From contig NZ_CP042905.2 in the NCBI RefSeq assembly GCF_008000775.2, positions 3,180,001-3,212,000 of the forward strand: 32,000 nt of DNA. The letters are read 5' to 3'. Positions 16,702-24,770 of the stretch are shown piece after piece. This stretch comes from Promethearchaeum syntrophicum (GTDB lineage Archaea; Asgardarchaeota; Lokiarchaeia; Sigyniarchaeales; Promethearchaeaceae). Positions within the stretch are counted from its first letter, which is position 1, and every line of letters starts with the position of its first letter. The notes beneath the pieces were generated by a model. It saw only the letters and a program-made list of their open reading frames with translations, did not search any database and was not told the DNA's origin. Position numbers and translations under genes: made by a program.

Positions 16702-18966
16702 TTAAATTCCCAAAGATTCTTTTTCGTTTTTTGCACGTATTTGAAGCGTCTGATTACCTACCTTTAAGAATTTCTTCTCTGCATGATCATATTGTAAATA
16801 TGCTTTTTGTGGTTCTTTTAAAACTCTGTAGATGGACCCCATTTCTAAATGTATATGCCCTTGTTTAAATATATCGCCTTCTTCTTCCAAAATTTTTAAA
16901 GATTCTTCATAGCATTCTAATGCTTTTTTCCATTTGGCTGTTTTTTGATAGATCACCCCGATATTAAATTGATTATGCGCAATTTTAGATGGAATCTTTA
17001 AAACTCGATATTTTTGCAGGGAGCTATTCAGAATATCTAATGCTGGAACGAAATCATTTTTTAGGCGTTTAATCATTCCGATATTACTTTCTGCATCTGC
17101 AATTCCTTTTTGATCATTTAGATTTAAAAATATTCTTTGAGCATCAAGACATAATGTTAAAGCTTTATCTAAATCCCCAAGATCGAGAAATATAATGGCG
17201 ATATTCATGGAAATTTGTGCCTTTTCTGTTGGAAATTGCAAGTCATTAGCGATCTGGAATGATTGGTAGTAAATTTTAAGAGCATTATCCAAATCCCCGC
17301 GATTATGATAAAAACTTGCCAAATTGTTCAATTTTGAGATAACTCCTGATTGATTATCTAGTGCTTTATCAATTTTTATTGATTCTAATATTAATTGGGT
17401 CCCTTTTTGAATATCTCCTTTATTTACATATATAAGACCTAAATTCCCTAAAATTGTAGATTTTACATTAAGATCCCCAATTTTACTCTCTGATTTCAAT
17501 AATTTATCATAGATTACCAAGGCAGCATCTAGTTTTCCTTGAATTAATAAAATTTCACCTTTGTTCACAAGTCCACCAATAATTACTTCATAATCTTTGA
17601 GAATTATTGCGGTATTGATTGCTTTATCATATAGTCCAATAGCTTTATCAAACTCTCCCTTAGATCTAACAATTGAACCTAAATTGATATAAAAAGTCAT
17701 TTGCATTGATAAATTTTTAAATTTTTCTGCAATCTCCAACCCTTTTTTATAAAATGCAGTAGATTCTTCCTTTTTTCCCCATCTTTTATATGATAACCCA
17801 AGATAGTTATAAAAATACATTTCTTCTTGGAATTTTTCTTGTCTGTGAGAAAGATTGATGCCTTTTTTGGCACATTGTACAACCTCTTCATACATATTAA
17901 AATTTGAATAAATATTACATACAAATTTATACTTATCAACTTCCTTTATTTTTAATTGAAGGGATTGAAAAAAATCCTTAAATTCAGATTTTTCGCCAAT
18001 TTCATCTATTTTTACTGAATCTACTAAGATATCTTCTAAAATAAATTTCCATAAAGCATCTTTTATGAATTTTTGAGTATTAGTTTTAATACGATATACT
18101 TCCCCCTTGGTTTTTTTACCCAGATTAAAAAGAGTTAGATCAAGAGGTGTGAAATCAGATTCTGACTTTTTTCCTAATATATCAGATACTTTTTCAACTG
18201 TGATTGCATTATCCATAGAATGTTCAATCCAGATTAAACGTTTCAATGATTTTATATGACTTAACATAGGAGCAATATCAAAATCATCACTACCCGAATA
18301 TCCAATTACTACTAATGTTCGATCTATGAATATCTTTTCAATCAACGGCTTTTTAAAAGGCTCTATATCAAAAGTTTTACCCTCTTCCTTGTTACTTCCG
18401 AGTGCTTTCATCGTTGTAATGACAGAATCACTCGTTTTAGCGCCTGTGATTATGTTATACTTGGATCCGTGAATTTTAATAAGCGGATATCTGGAAGATT
18501 GAATAATTTGAGATAAATCAATATATTTTGTGAAATCTTCTCGGGTTATAATTGGAATAATATCTTTATGTTTTTCAGTAGAAATTATTTTTTTTAATGC
18601 GAATTCAATTAAATAATCAAAATTGGTAGTAATAACGTAATTTGCTTTTAAAATAGCATAGGCTAAAAATAAATGTATTAAATTTGGATGAGTAAATTTC
18701 TCAAAGTAATCTAACATTTTTAATTCATTATCAAACCTATTTTGAACTTGTTCAATTATCATTTCATACCGCAATCCTTTAATAGATTGGGATTTTGTTA
18801 ATTCTTCAGAGGGAATACATGATTCTAATAATACCCTAATAATAGATTTTGCAGAAGGTAGATTGGAAGGAGGATTCATTGAAATACCTGCTCCAACTAA
18901 AAAAGTATACATCATTCCTTTCTCAAAAAGATCATTCAGGGTTTTATCATTTTTTGTAAAAATCAT
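16702..18966 (-). CDS. SIR2-like (SIR2_2-type) domain fused to a TPR array of ~9 repeats
   Basis: 754 aa. The N-terminal ~260 aa carry FLVGAGISM, YVITTNFDYLIE, LIKIHGSKYN and LVVIGYSGSDDFDI, which are the GAGxS / TTNxD / hHGS / GYSxxD motifs of SIR2-like NAD-binding domains. From about aa 380 to the end there are ~9 units of exactly 40 residues, for example LGNLGLIYVNKGDIQKGTQLILESIKIDKALDNQSGVISK. Confidence 0.85.
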   Translation of the reverse strand: MIFTKNDKTLNDLFEKGMMYTFLVGAGISMNPPSNLPSAKSIIRVLLESCIPSEELTKSQSIKGLRYEMIIEQVQNRFDNELKMLDYFEKFTHPNLIHLFLAYAILKANYVITTNFDYLIEFALKKIISTEKHKDIIPIITREDFTKYIDLSQIIQSSRYPLIKIHGSKYNIITGAKTSDSVITTMKALGSNKEEGKTFDIEPFKKPLIEKIFIDRTLVVIGYSGSDDFDIAPMLSHIKSLKRLIWIEHSMDNAITVEKVSDILGKKSESDFTPLDLTLFNLGKKTKGEVYRIKTNTQKFIKDALWKFILEDILVDSVKIDEIGEKSEFKDFFQSLQLKIKEVDKYKFVCNIYSNFNMYEEVVQCAKKGINLSHRQEKFQEEMYFYNYLGLSYKRWGKKEESTAFYKKGLEIAEKFKNLSMQMTFYINLGSIVRSKGEFDKAIGLYDKAINTAIILKDYEVIIGGLVNKGEILLIQGKLDAALVIYDKLLKSESKIGDLNVKSTILGNLGLIYVNKGDIQKGTQLILESIKIDKALDNQSGVISKLNNLASFYHNRGDLDNALKIYYQSFQIANDLQFPTEKAQISMNIAIIFLDLGDLDKALTLCLDAQRIFLNLNDQKGIADAESNIGMIKRLKNDFVPALDILNSSLQKYRVLKIPSKIAHNQFNIGVIYQKTAKWKKALECYEESLKILEEEGDIFKQGHIHLEMGSIYRVLKEPQKAYLQYDHAEKKFLKVGNQTLQIRAKNEKESLGI

Positions 18967-19071
18967 TATGGTTTATTATTTAAATTTTGATATATTAAAT
19001 AATTCTCTACTATTGAAATCTGTAAAAAAAATAGTATAGAATTATTGGTAAAAATAAAAAAAGCAAAAAAC

Positions 19072-19794
19072 TTAAAAAGTGAAAGATATTTCATCGTCTT
19101 CTGATGGTTTTTTACCCTTTTTCTTCTTTTTCATTTCAGAAGGAACATAACTAGCAAAAGCTTGACCCTTTTCGATCGAAAGCGTATCCTCAACTTCATC
19201 AGAATACTGGATTTTTTTCTTTGAAAACCCGAATATCCATGAGTGAAGAATAAATACCGCTATTTGAAATGTCAAGCTTACCAAATGAATCATTCTCCAC
19301 GTATTAGAGCCATCGGTAATCACTAACATAATAGTGCCAGCAACTATTTGAGAAAATGTGATGGAAATAAACAGAAGAAATCCAGTAAATATTGTCACGA
19401 TATTATGTTTCCGAAATTGAATACACCCAATAAAATATACCAAAATACCAATAAATAATATAATTCCACCAATATTATACAGAGATTCAAAGAGCGCTCC
19501 AGTAAACCACGAAGTCATAATTAATCCTAATGCGATAATCATGATTCCTCCCCCAACTTTCAAAAATAACTTTCCTTTTATGAATCCTGAGGCTAATACA
19601 ATAATCAAGCCAAGATAGAACAAAATTGTCCAAATTACCCCCAAAGGACTTGTGCTACCACTAGTAAAAGATATTGAATCCCGGTAATTTTCCCATGATA
19701 AATCATTATTCATTGTATATCCTATAGCTATATTAAGAAAAATTCCACCAATAGTTGTGAAAACCGCCCCTATTATTGCCCCAATTTTAACCAT
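19072..19794 (-). CDS. polytopic membrane protein with a charged C-terminal tail
   Basis: 240 aa with ~6-7 hydrophobic segments and the tail KKKKKGKKPSEDDEISFTF. It is on the same strand as the SIR2-TPR gene and 105 nt upstream of it. Confidence 0.6.
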   Translation of the reverse strand: MVKIGAIIGAVFTTIGGIFLNIAIGYTMNNDLSWENYRDSISFTSGSTSPLGVIWTILFYLGLIIVLASGFIKGKLFLKVGGGIMIIALGLIMTSWFTGALFESLYNIGGIILFIGILVYFIGCIQFRKHNIVTIFTGFLLFISITFSQIVAGTIMLVITDGSNTWRMIHLVSLTFQIAVFILHSWIFGFSKKKIQYSDEVEDTLSIEKGQAFASYVPSEMKKKKKGKKPSEDDEISFTF

Positions 19795-19940
19795 TTAATC
19801 ATCTCCAATTCTATTTTATAATATTTAATATTAGCAATTTAACATTTTTTAACTTAATTTATTGTTACTTAGATCTTGGTTGTTAAGAATATTTCATTTC
19901 TTGGGATTTTCAAAAATTTTTTATCTTTTGTTGCATTTGA

Positions 19941-19948
19941 AAATATAT
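19941..19948 (+). promoter_or_regulatory. TATA-like box for tRNA-His
   Basis: aaatatat is centred ~24-25 nt upstream of tRNA position 1, and the preceding tttga is a possible BRE. Confidence 0.35.
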
Positions 19949-19968
19949 CTACAATCTCTTACTAAAAA

Positions 19969-20067
19969 AGCCGCGTATGTTAGTGGTAGACTTCCGGGTT
20001 GTGGTGTAATTTCTGAATGATTTTACGCAAATTCCCGGCGACCCTTGTTCAAACCAGGGCGCGGCTA
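19969..20067 (+). tRNA. tRNA-His(GUG) with a 28-nt intron at 37/38; A1:U72, A73, no encoded G-1
   Basis: Hand fold: acceptor AGCCGCG/CGCGGCT, U8, D-arm TGTT-AGTGGTA-GACT, anticodon stem CCGGG/CCCGG, loop UUGUGG|U, variable CGAC, T-arm CCTTG-TTCAAAC-CAGGG, discriminator A. The intron ends sit in bulges GGU and AUU separated by the 4-bp helix UUGU/GCAA, and the outer helix is GUAA/UUAC. Confidence 0.75.
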
Positions 20068-20198
20068 CTATTTTTATATCTTTTATTTTTTATTTATGTT
20101 TTTATCTATTTTGTGTAAAAATTTATAATATTTCTACAAAAAATAAAACTATTTTTTATTGATATCTTAATATTTGTTAGCTGAGTAGATAATAACAT

Positions 20199-20819
20199 AT
20201 GAAAGATTCTTATAATGAATATTTAGAATATGAGCAGAAGATGCAAAGAGAAGGATTATTTGAAGTAATTTCACAAAAATTTGAGATCAAAAAAGCAATA
20301 TATCCTGGTAGTTACATACATATCTCACCTTCTTTCTATTTTGAAGAAGTTGTATATATTGACAGTGATAAAAAAGCAAAGAAATTTTTTGCGGATAATA
20401 GTTTTGAGAAACTAATAAATCATAAAAAAAGGTATTCTAAAGAGATATGTTTCAGATTCTATCCTACCAATTTTAAAAATATACTACCTGAAGAAGAAGC
20501 ATATTTTGATTTGCTTATTTCGCAGTATGCAGGTTTTATTTCTAGAGAATGCAAAAAATATTTAAAAATTGGGGGAATTCTCTTAGTAAATAATTCTCAT
20601 GGAGATGCACAACTTGCAAAACATGATCCAGACTATGAATTTATTGCGGTGATCAATTTTAGAAATAAGAAGTTCTATTATTCAACTAAAAATCTTGACG
20701 AATATTTTATTCCTAAAAAAGAAGGATTAAAAATAGATTTGGAGTATTTTTTATCCATCAATAAAGGCATCGGATTCAAAAAATCAGCCTCGCACTACGT
20801 TTTCAGAAAAATACGATAA
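20199..20819 (+). CDS. hypothetical protein, possibly Rossmann/methyltransferase-fold
   Basis: 206 aa. The order AIYPGSYIHI / VVYIDSD / FDLLISQYA / LKIGGILLVNN mimics class I methyltransferase motifs I, II, IV and post-IV but lacks a GxGxG loop. This is a weak call. Confidence 0.55.
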   Translation: MKDSYNEYLEYEQKMQREGLFEVISQKFEIKKAIYPGSYIHISPSFYFEEVVYIDSDKKAKKFFADNSFEKLINHKKRYSKEICFRFYPTNFKNILPEEEAYFDLLISQYAGFISRECKKYLKIGGILLVNNSHGDAQLAKHDPDYEFIAVINFRNKKFYYSTKNLDEYFIPKKEGLKIDLEYFLSINKGIGFKKSASHYVFRKIR

Positions 20820-20835
20820 ATTTAAAGAATAATAT

Positions 20836-20867
20836 CGACGATCAATGTTCAATCTAGAGCGCGGCTA
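20836..20867 (+). pseudogene. degenerate copy of the tRNA-His 3' half (att-like remnant)
   Basis: GTTCAATCTAGAGCGCGGCTA (20847-20867) versus tRNA GTTCAAACCAGGGCGCGGCTA (20047-20067) is 18/21 identical. Over 32 nt the match is 25/32. The alignment is ungapped at an offset of exactly 800 bp, and the copy can no longer form a T-stem. Confidence 0.6.
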
Positions 20868-20888
20868 TGAATTTTCACATCATTTTAT

Positions 20889-21719
20889 TTATGAGATTTT
20901 TTTCTTCGATTTTGAAAACCCTCCATGATGGAATGCAATTTTACATTGTAGAGAATTATCAATACAGTAATTTTCAATATCTTGCTCTAGAAGATCCCAA
21001 AATGATTGATCTACACGAAGAGATTTATAGAATGGGAGGTAGTTTGGATAGGTTTTTTTAATTAATTTATATATTCTACCTACATTGTGCGGTCTAAAGT
21101 TTAAATTTTCAAAACGGTAGTAATCAGTAAATTTTAATGAGTATTGAATAATTTCCTGATAATCTGTTATTTTCGGAAAGATTGGTGAGATGAAAACATA
21201 GGTTTCGATACCTTCCTTATGAATTTCTTCTAAAGCTTTAAGACGATCAATAGGTTTTGAAGCGAAAGGTTCAATTTTTCGAGCAAAATCAGAATCTAAA
21301 GTGTTTAAAGACACTCCAACTTCTATATTTTCAAATTGCTTAAATAAATCAATATCCCGTGTAACCAATTGAGATTTGGTGAGGATTGAAATTCTGGCAC
21401 TTGTGTCTTTTAAACTGGATAAAATTTTCCGAGTATTTTCAAATTTCTTTTCTAATGGAAGGTAGGGATCTGTTACTGAACTAAATAGGATATTTTTTCC
21501 ATTATACTTCGCAGGTTTAATTTTTTCCCAGGGATAAGATTTAATATCCAAAAATTTTCCCCAGATATCTCCTTTATGATTGGTAAATCGTTTCATAAAT
21601 TCCGCATAACAATAAATGCAACCATGTTGACAACCAGTATAGGGATTAATGACATAATCGATAGCGGGGATATTACTTTTTGTAATAATACTTTTTGCTT
21701 CTCGAAATTCAATTTTCAT
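20889..21719 (-). CDS. radical SAM protein (SplB / DNA-repair-photolyase-like, COG1533-type)
   Basis: INPYTGCQHGCIYCYA carries the CxxxCxxC radical SAM cluster motif in the N-terminal context typical of SplB-like proteins. Confidence 0.85.
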   Translation of the reverse strand: MKIEFREAKSIITKSNIPAIDYVINPYTGCQHGCIYCYAEFMKRFTNHKGDIWGKFLDIKSYPWEKIKPAKYNGKNILFSSVTDPYLPLEKKFENTRKILSSLKDTSARISILTKSQLVTRDIDLFKQFENIEVGVSLNTLDSDFARKIEPFASKPIDRLKALEEIHKEGIETYVFISPIFPKITDYQEIIQYSLKFTDYYRFENLNFRPHNVGRIYKLIKKTYPNYLPFYKSLRVDQSFWDLLEQDIENYCIDNSLQCKIAFHHGGFSKSKKKIS

Positions 21720-21838
21720 TATGATCTAATCTCTGTAATTTATGAATTAATCTTTCTATAACTTTCTTATTTGAAAATAAAATATTATCGTATAAAATTT
21801 ATATAGTCTTAAGTGTAATAATCTGAAGTTATGGCGGC

Positions 21839-21854
21839 TCTCGATATATCGAGA
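21839..21854. repeat. perfect 16-bp palindrome TCTCGATATATCGAGA
   Basis: The sequence is self-complementary when read directly. It lies between the wHTH gene stop (21917) and the radical SAM start (21719). A second small hairpin, ATTCC-atcc-GGAAT, follows. Confidence 0.8.
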
Positions 21855-21916
21855 TAAAATACCGATTCCATCCGGAATTTAGTAAAATAAAATTAGTTCA
21901 ATTTTTTCATTTAAAT

Positions 21917-22579
21917 TTACTTTTCTTTGATTTTCTTTTGAAATTGGGAATCAGAAACTTGGGGACTTGCATTTATTATTGCAATATAATTTTTGACGTG
22001 ATCAGGATTCTTTTTTTCCTCCGATTTGATAAATTCATTCAATTTTTGCTCCAGTTCTTTTGCTAGTTGACTAAATTTGAAATATTCTCGCTCTGAAAGG
22101 GGATAAAAAGAAAGATAATATTTAGGATCTTCTAGCAAATTTTTTCTTTGATCTTCAATAGTGTCACCGAGTAATTCAAGACTTTGTGGGGTATTACGCA
22201 AGATATTTGCAAATAAATTAGCTACGGAAATTAATGAATTTTTTAACTTGAGAATTATATCTTGCATTTCATGAGGAGAAAGGGAGCCCAATTCTGAAGA
22301 GGTAAAGTGGGGGAGAGGTTCCATGAATTTAAGATTCAATCGATAATGTTTTGCAAATACCCCCCTTACTTTTTCATCATATGTCGTCAAAAGTCCAGCA
22401 TCTACCATTTTTCTCAAGCGACGTGAAAGAGTGGGTTTACTTTTATCAATCAGGATATCAAAATCAGAGAGCGACAAATCTGAATGTGTCAATATTTGAA
22501 AAAATATCTGCAAATTGGTTTCTTCTTGCAATATATCAAAAATTTGGATTCGATCTATTGGAACGATTGGAGAAGCCAT
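21917..22579 (-). CDS. winged-HTH transcriptional regulator (ArsR/MarR-like N-domain)
   Basis: LSLSDFDILIDKSKPTLSRRLRKMVDAGLLTTYDEKVRGVFAKHYRLN is a wHTH recognition helix plus wing. The C-terminal half is helical. Confidence 0.7.
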   Translation of the reverse strand: MASPIVPIDRIQIFDILQEETNLQIFFQILTHSDLSLSDFDILIDKSKPTLSRRLRKMVDAGLLTTYDEKVRGVFAKHYRLNLKFMEPLPHFTSSELGSLSPHEMQDIILKLKNSLISVANLFANILRNTPQSLELLGDTIEDQRKNLLEDPKYYLSFYPLSEREYFKFSQLAKELEQKLNEFIKSEEKKNPDHVKNYIAIINASPQVSDSQFQKKIKEK

Positions 22580-22640
22580 AATATTTCACACAAATTTAAT
22601 GAAAAATTCAAGAATTTATTATTTCATAAAGCAATGTATT

Positions 22641-22733
22641 ATGAAATGATTTCAAAACATTTAAATTGATCCATTTCATTATATTATTTGTTATGAAATG
22701 ATTTCATAAATCTTATTTAATGAAATGATTTTA
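22641..22733. promoter_or_regulatory. three copies of a 14-15-bp palindromic operator-like site (ATGAAAT-G-ATTTCAT)
   Basis: atgaaatgatttca at 22641-22654 and at 22693-22706 (this second copy extends to the perfect palindrome ATGAAATGATTTCAT), and atgaaatgatttta at 22720-22733. Extra ATTTCAT half-sites lie at 22621 and 22673. All are in the divergent spacer next to the wHTH gene. Confidence 0.55.
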
Positions 22734-22780
22734 TAATAAACATTAACAAAAAAGTGATTACCGAAGTGATTCGCAAACCT

Positions 22781-23233
22781 ATGATATCCCCAACTCAAAT
22801 AAAATCCTTAATATTATTAATCTTGTTTGTAGCATCTTTAGTAGTTTTGGTCATTCCATTTGAATCAAAAAATAGTTCCTTTATTTCAATACATCGCCGT
22901 ATGGGATTTATCCTCGGAGATAAATTTTGCGGTGAAATGAGTCTCACAGGCAATTTAGCATCTCAATGCGATCAAACCCAATTGTACATAAATCACAAAT
23001 TACAATCGAATGCCTCAGGAAATCAAGTAAATTATGATTTTAATACGAATAGATTTCCCTTAGGTCACAACGAAATAAGACTCGTTGGATTACGAAACAA
23101 TGATAAATGCGCTGAATTCATTCGCATTGTCGAATTTATTCCTATTAAACAAAGTATTACATATTTTTTGCTGTTTAGTTTTATCATTCTTACAGCAATT
23201 GCTATTTTTTTGACATCAAATCATTACATCTAA
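22781..23233 (+). CDS. hypothetical bitopic membrane protein (N- and C-terminal TM segments)
   Basis: The track ORF starts at GTG 22754, and I prefer the ATG at 22781 (MISPTQIKSLILLILFVASLVVLVIPF...). The C-terminal TM is ITYFLLFSFIILTAIAIFL. No family recognised. Confidence 0.55.
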   Translation: MISPTQIKSLILLILFVASLVVLVIPFESKNSSFISIHRRMGFILGDKFCGEMSLTGNLASQCDQTQLYINHKLQSNASGNQVNYDFNTNRFPLGHNEIRLVGLRNNDKCAEFIRIVEFIPIKQSITYFLLFSFIILTAIAIFLTSNHYI

Positions 23234-23559
23234 ACAGATTTCCTTCATTCGTTCTTTTTTCAATGTCTTTTTTTATTCATGAACCTCATCCAATAATTTT
23301 TTTTTTTCTCTCTATCATTTTCATTTTTTTGTAACAAGATTGGAAAAATTTGACCCATTATGCAAAATTTATGACAAAAAGAGAACATTTATAAACTTAA
23401 AGAGCAGAAGTAATATGGTCATCTCTCATGACTGAAATGATGGAAAGTTGGCTTTTAATTTTATAATGACGATTATGTCATTATCCATATGAGAACAATT
23501 AATTAATTTCTTTGGTTGTGAGAGATGATCGGATGTGTTATGTAATTATGGTGTTTAAC

Positions 23560-24168
23560 ATGAAAACAAAAAATATAAAAGCCAAATTGCTTGTTTCGGG
23601 GTTGATACTGGTAATTCTTGTTACTAATGTTCCTTTCAGTCAAGCTACAGCCGATATACGACCAATAGAAGATTGGAATGTGAATAACCCATATGGGGCA
23701 CCAGGATTTGCCGATGCAGTAAATGTGCTTCATTTTAATTGGGATGAACAGATATATGATTGCGACTTCTCTGGTTTTGTTTTAGAGCAAGTTGTGGGTG
23801 AAGGAAGAGTCAAACTCTCGATTAATTTGCAAGTTGATGAAGTTAGATGTGTCGTGCATACAAGACAACCGGGATGGTGGATGTACCCTCCAATTTTTGA
23901 TGGGAGAGGTTGGTATAATTTCTATTGGGTATTTGAATATAATGCAGAACCAGGTGATCCAATTCCAAATATATGGGATATCTACGGAATCCCTGAGCTC
24001 GAATTAGAAGAAAAGATCATGAAAATGACTGGGAAAGCTAAAGATTCAGAAGGAGCAACCGTTTTTATTAATCAAATAGGGATGTTTAAACCGGATTATA
24101 CGGGTAATGCTCCACACAACTACCCTTATGGATTTTGGCCAGTTGAAATTATCCGTCTGAAATTATGA
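23560..24168 (+). CDS. secreted hypothetical protein (Trp/Tyr-rich)
   Basis: The internal ATG at 23560 gives a classical signal peptide, MKTKNIKAKLLVSGLILVILVTNVPFSQATA. The track's TTG start at 23512 adds 16 unlikely residues. Confidence 0.65.
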   Translation: MKTKNIKAKLLVSGLILVILVTNVPFSQATADIRPIEDWNVNNPYGAPGFADAVNVLHFNWDEQIYDCDFSGFVLEQVVGEGRVKLSINLQVDEVRCVVHTRQPGWWMYPPIFDGRGWYNFYWVFEYNAEPGDPIPNIWDIYGIPELELEEKIMKMTGKAKDSEGATVFINQIGMFKPDYTGNAPHNYPYGFWPVEIIRLKL

Positions 24169-24189
24169 ATAGGTTAACGTTTTTTTAAT

Positions 24190-24225
24190 CTCATCGCATA
24201 ATATTTTGCAGATGAGCCTTTTTTT
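24190..24225 (+). terminator. hairpin plus T7 tract
   Basis: CTCATCGCA-taatatttt-GCAGATGAG (6-bp stem plus an imperfect 3-bp extension) is followed by ccTTTTTTT, beginning 22 nt after the stop at 24168. Confidence 0.4.
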
Positions 24226-24770
24226 CCCTTCTTCCCCCATTTTTTCCATTAACTAATTTTTGATTCCCAAGACGACAATTTATTAATGTTTTTTTTTTTT
24301 TCTACTTTCAGTAAATAATGAGACAAAAATCGACAATCAGTGAAAATCATTAATTTCCTTTTTACTTAAATATTTGGGACATTTGAATAGAATTAAAAGA
24401 ATCTACGCTATTTGGGCACGATAATTCCAATGTATACTTGGAATTTTAAATTCTTGGTATGTAGAAATGAGATCGATTTATTCATTCAATGAACATTATT
24501 TTAAATCTAGGCAATTTTTTACTTAGAATTTAAAAACATAAATTATGGTATAGCTATGTCAAGATCAGGTAATTCTATCATAATTTTTAACTTATTTAAT
24601 AAAAAATATATTCCGCTATCCTAACTCATTATTTTGATAGAGATTGGACTAGTTTGAATCTTGATATTTATAGAATATTGAACTTGAATTAATCATACAC
24701 TGACTTTTAAAAAAAAAACTTTATTCTCAAATCCAAAAATTTTTGTTTTAACGAACATATCTGAAGAATT

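Noticed and set aside
20867-21061. 64-aa plus-strand ORF starting just after the att-like repeat, and ORF 21576-21761(+)
   Set aside because: Both overlap the radical SAM gene on the opposite strand, and nothing independent supports them.
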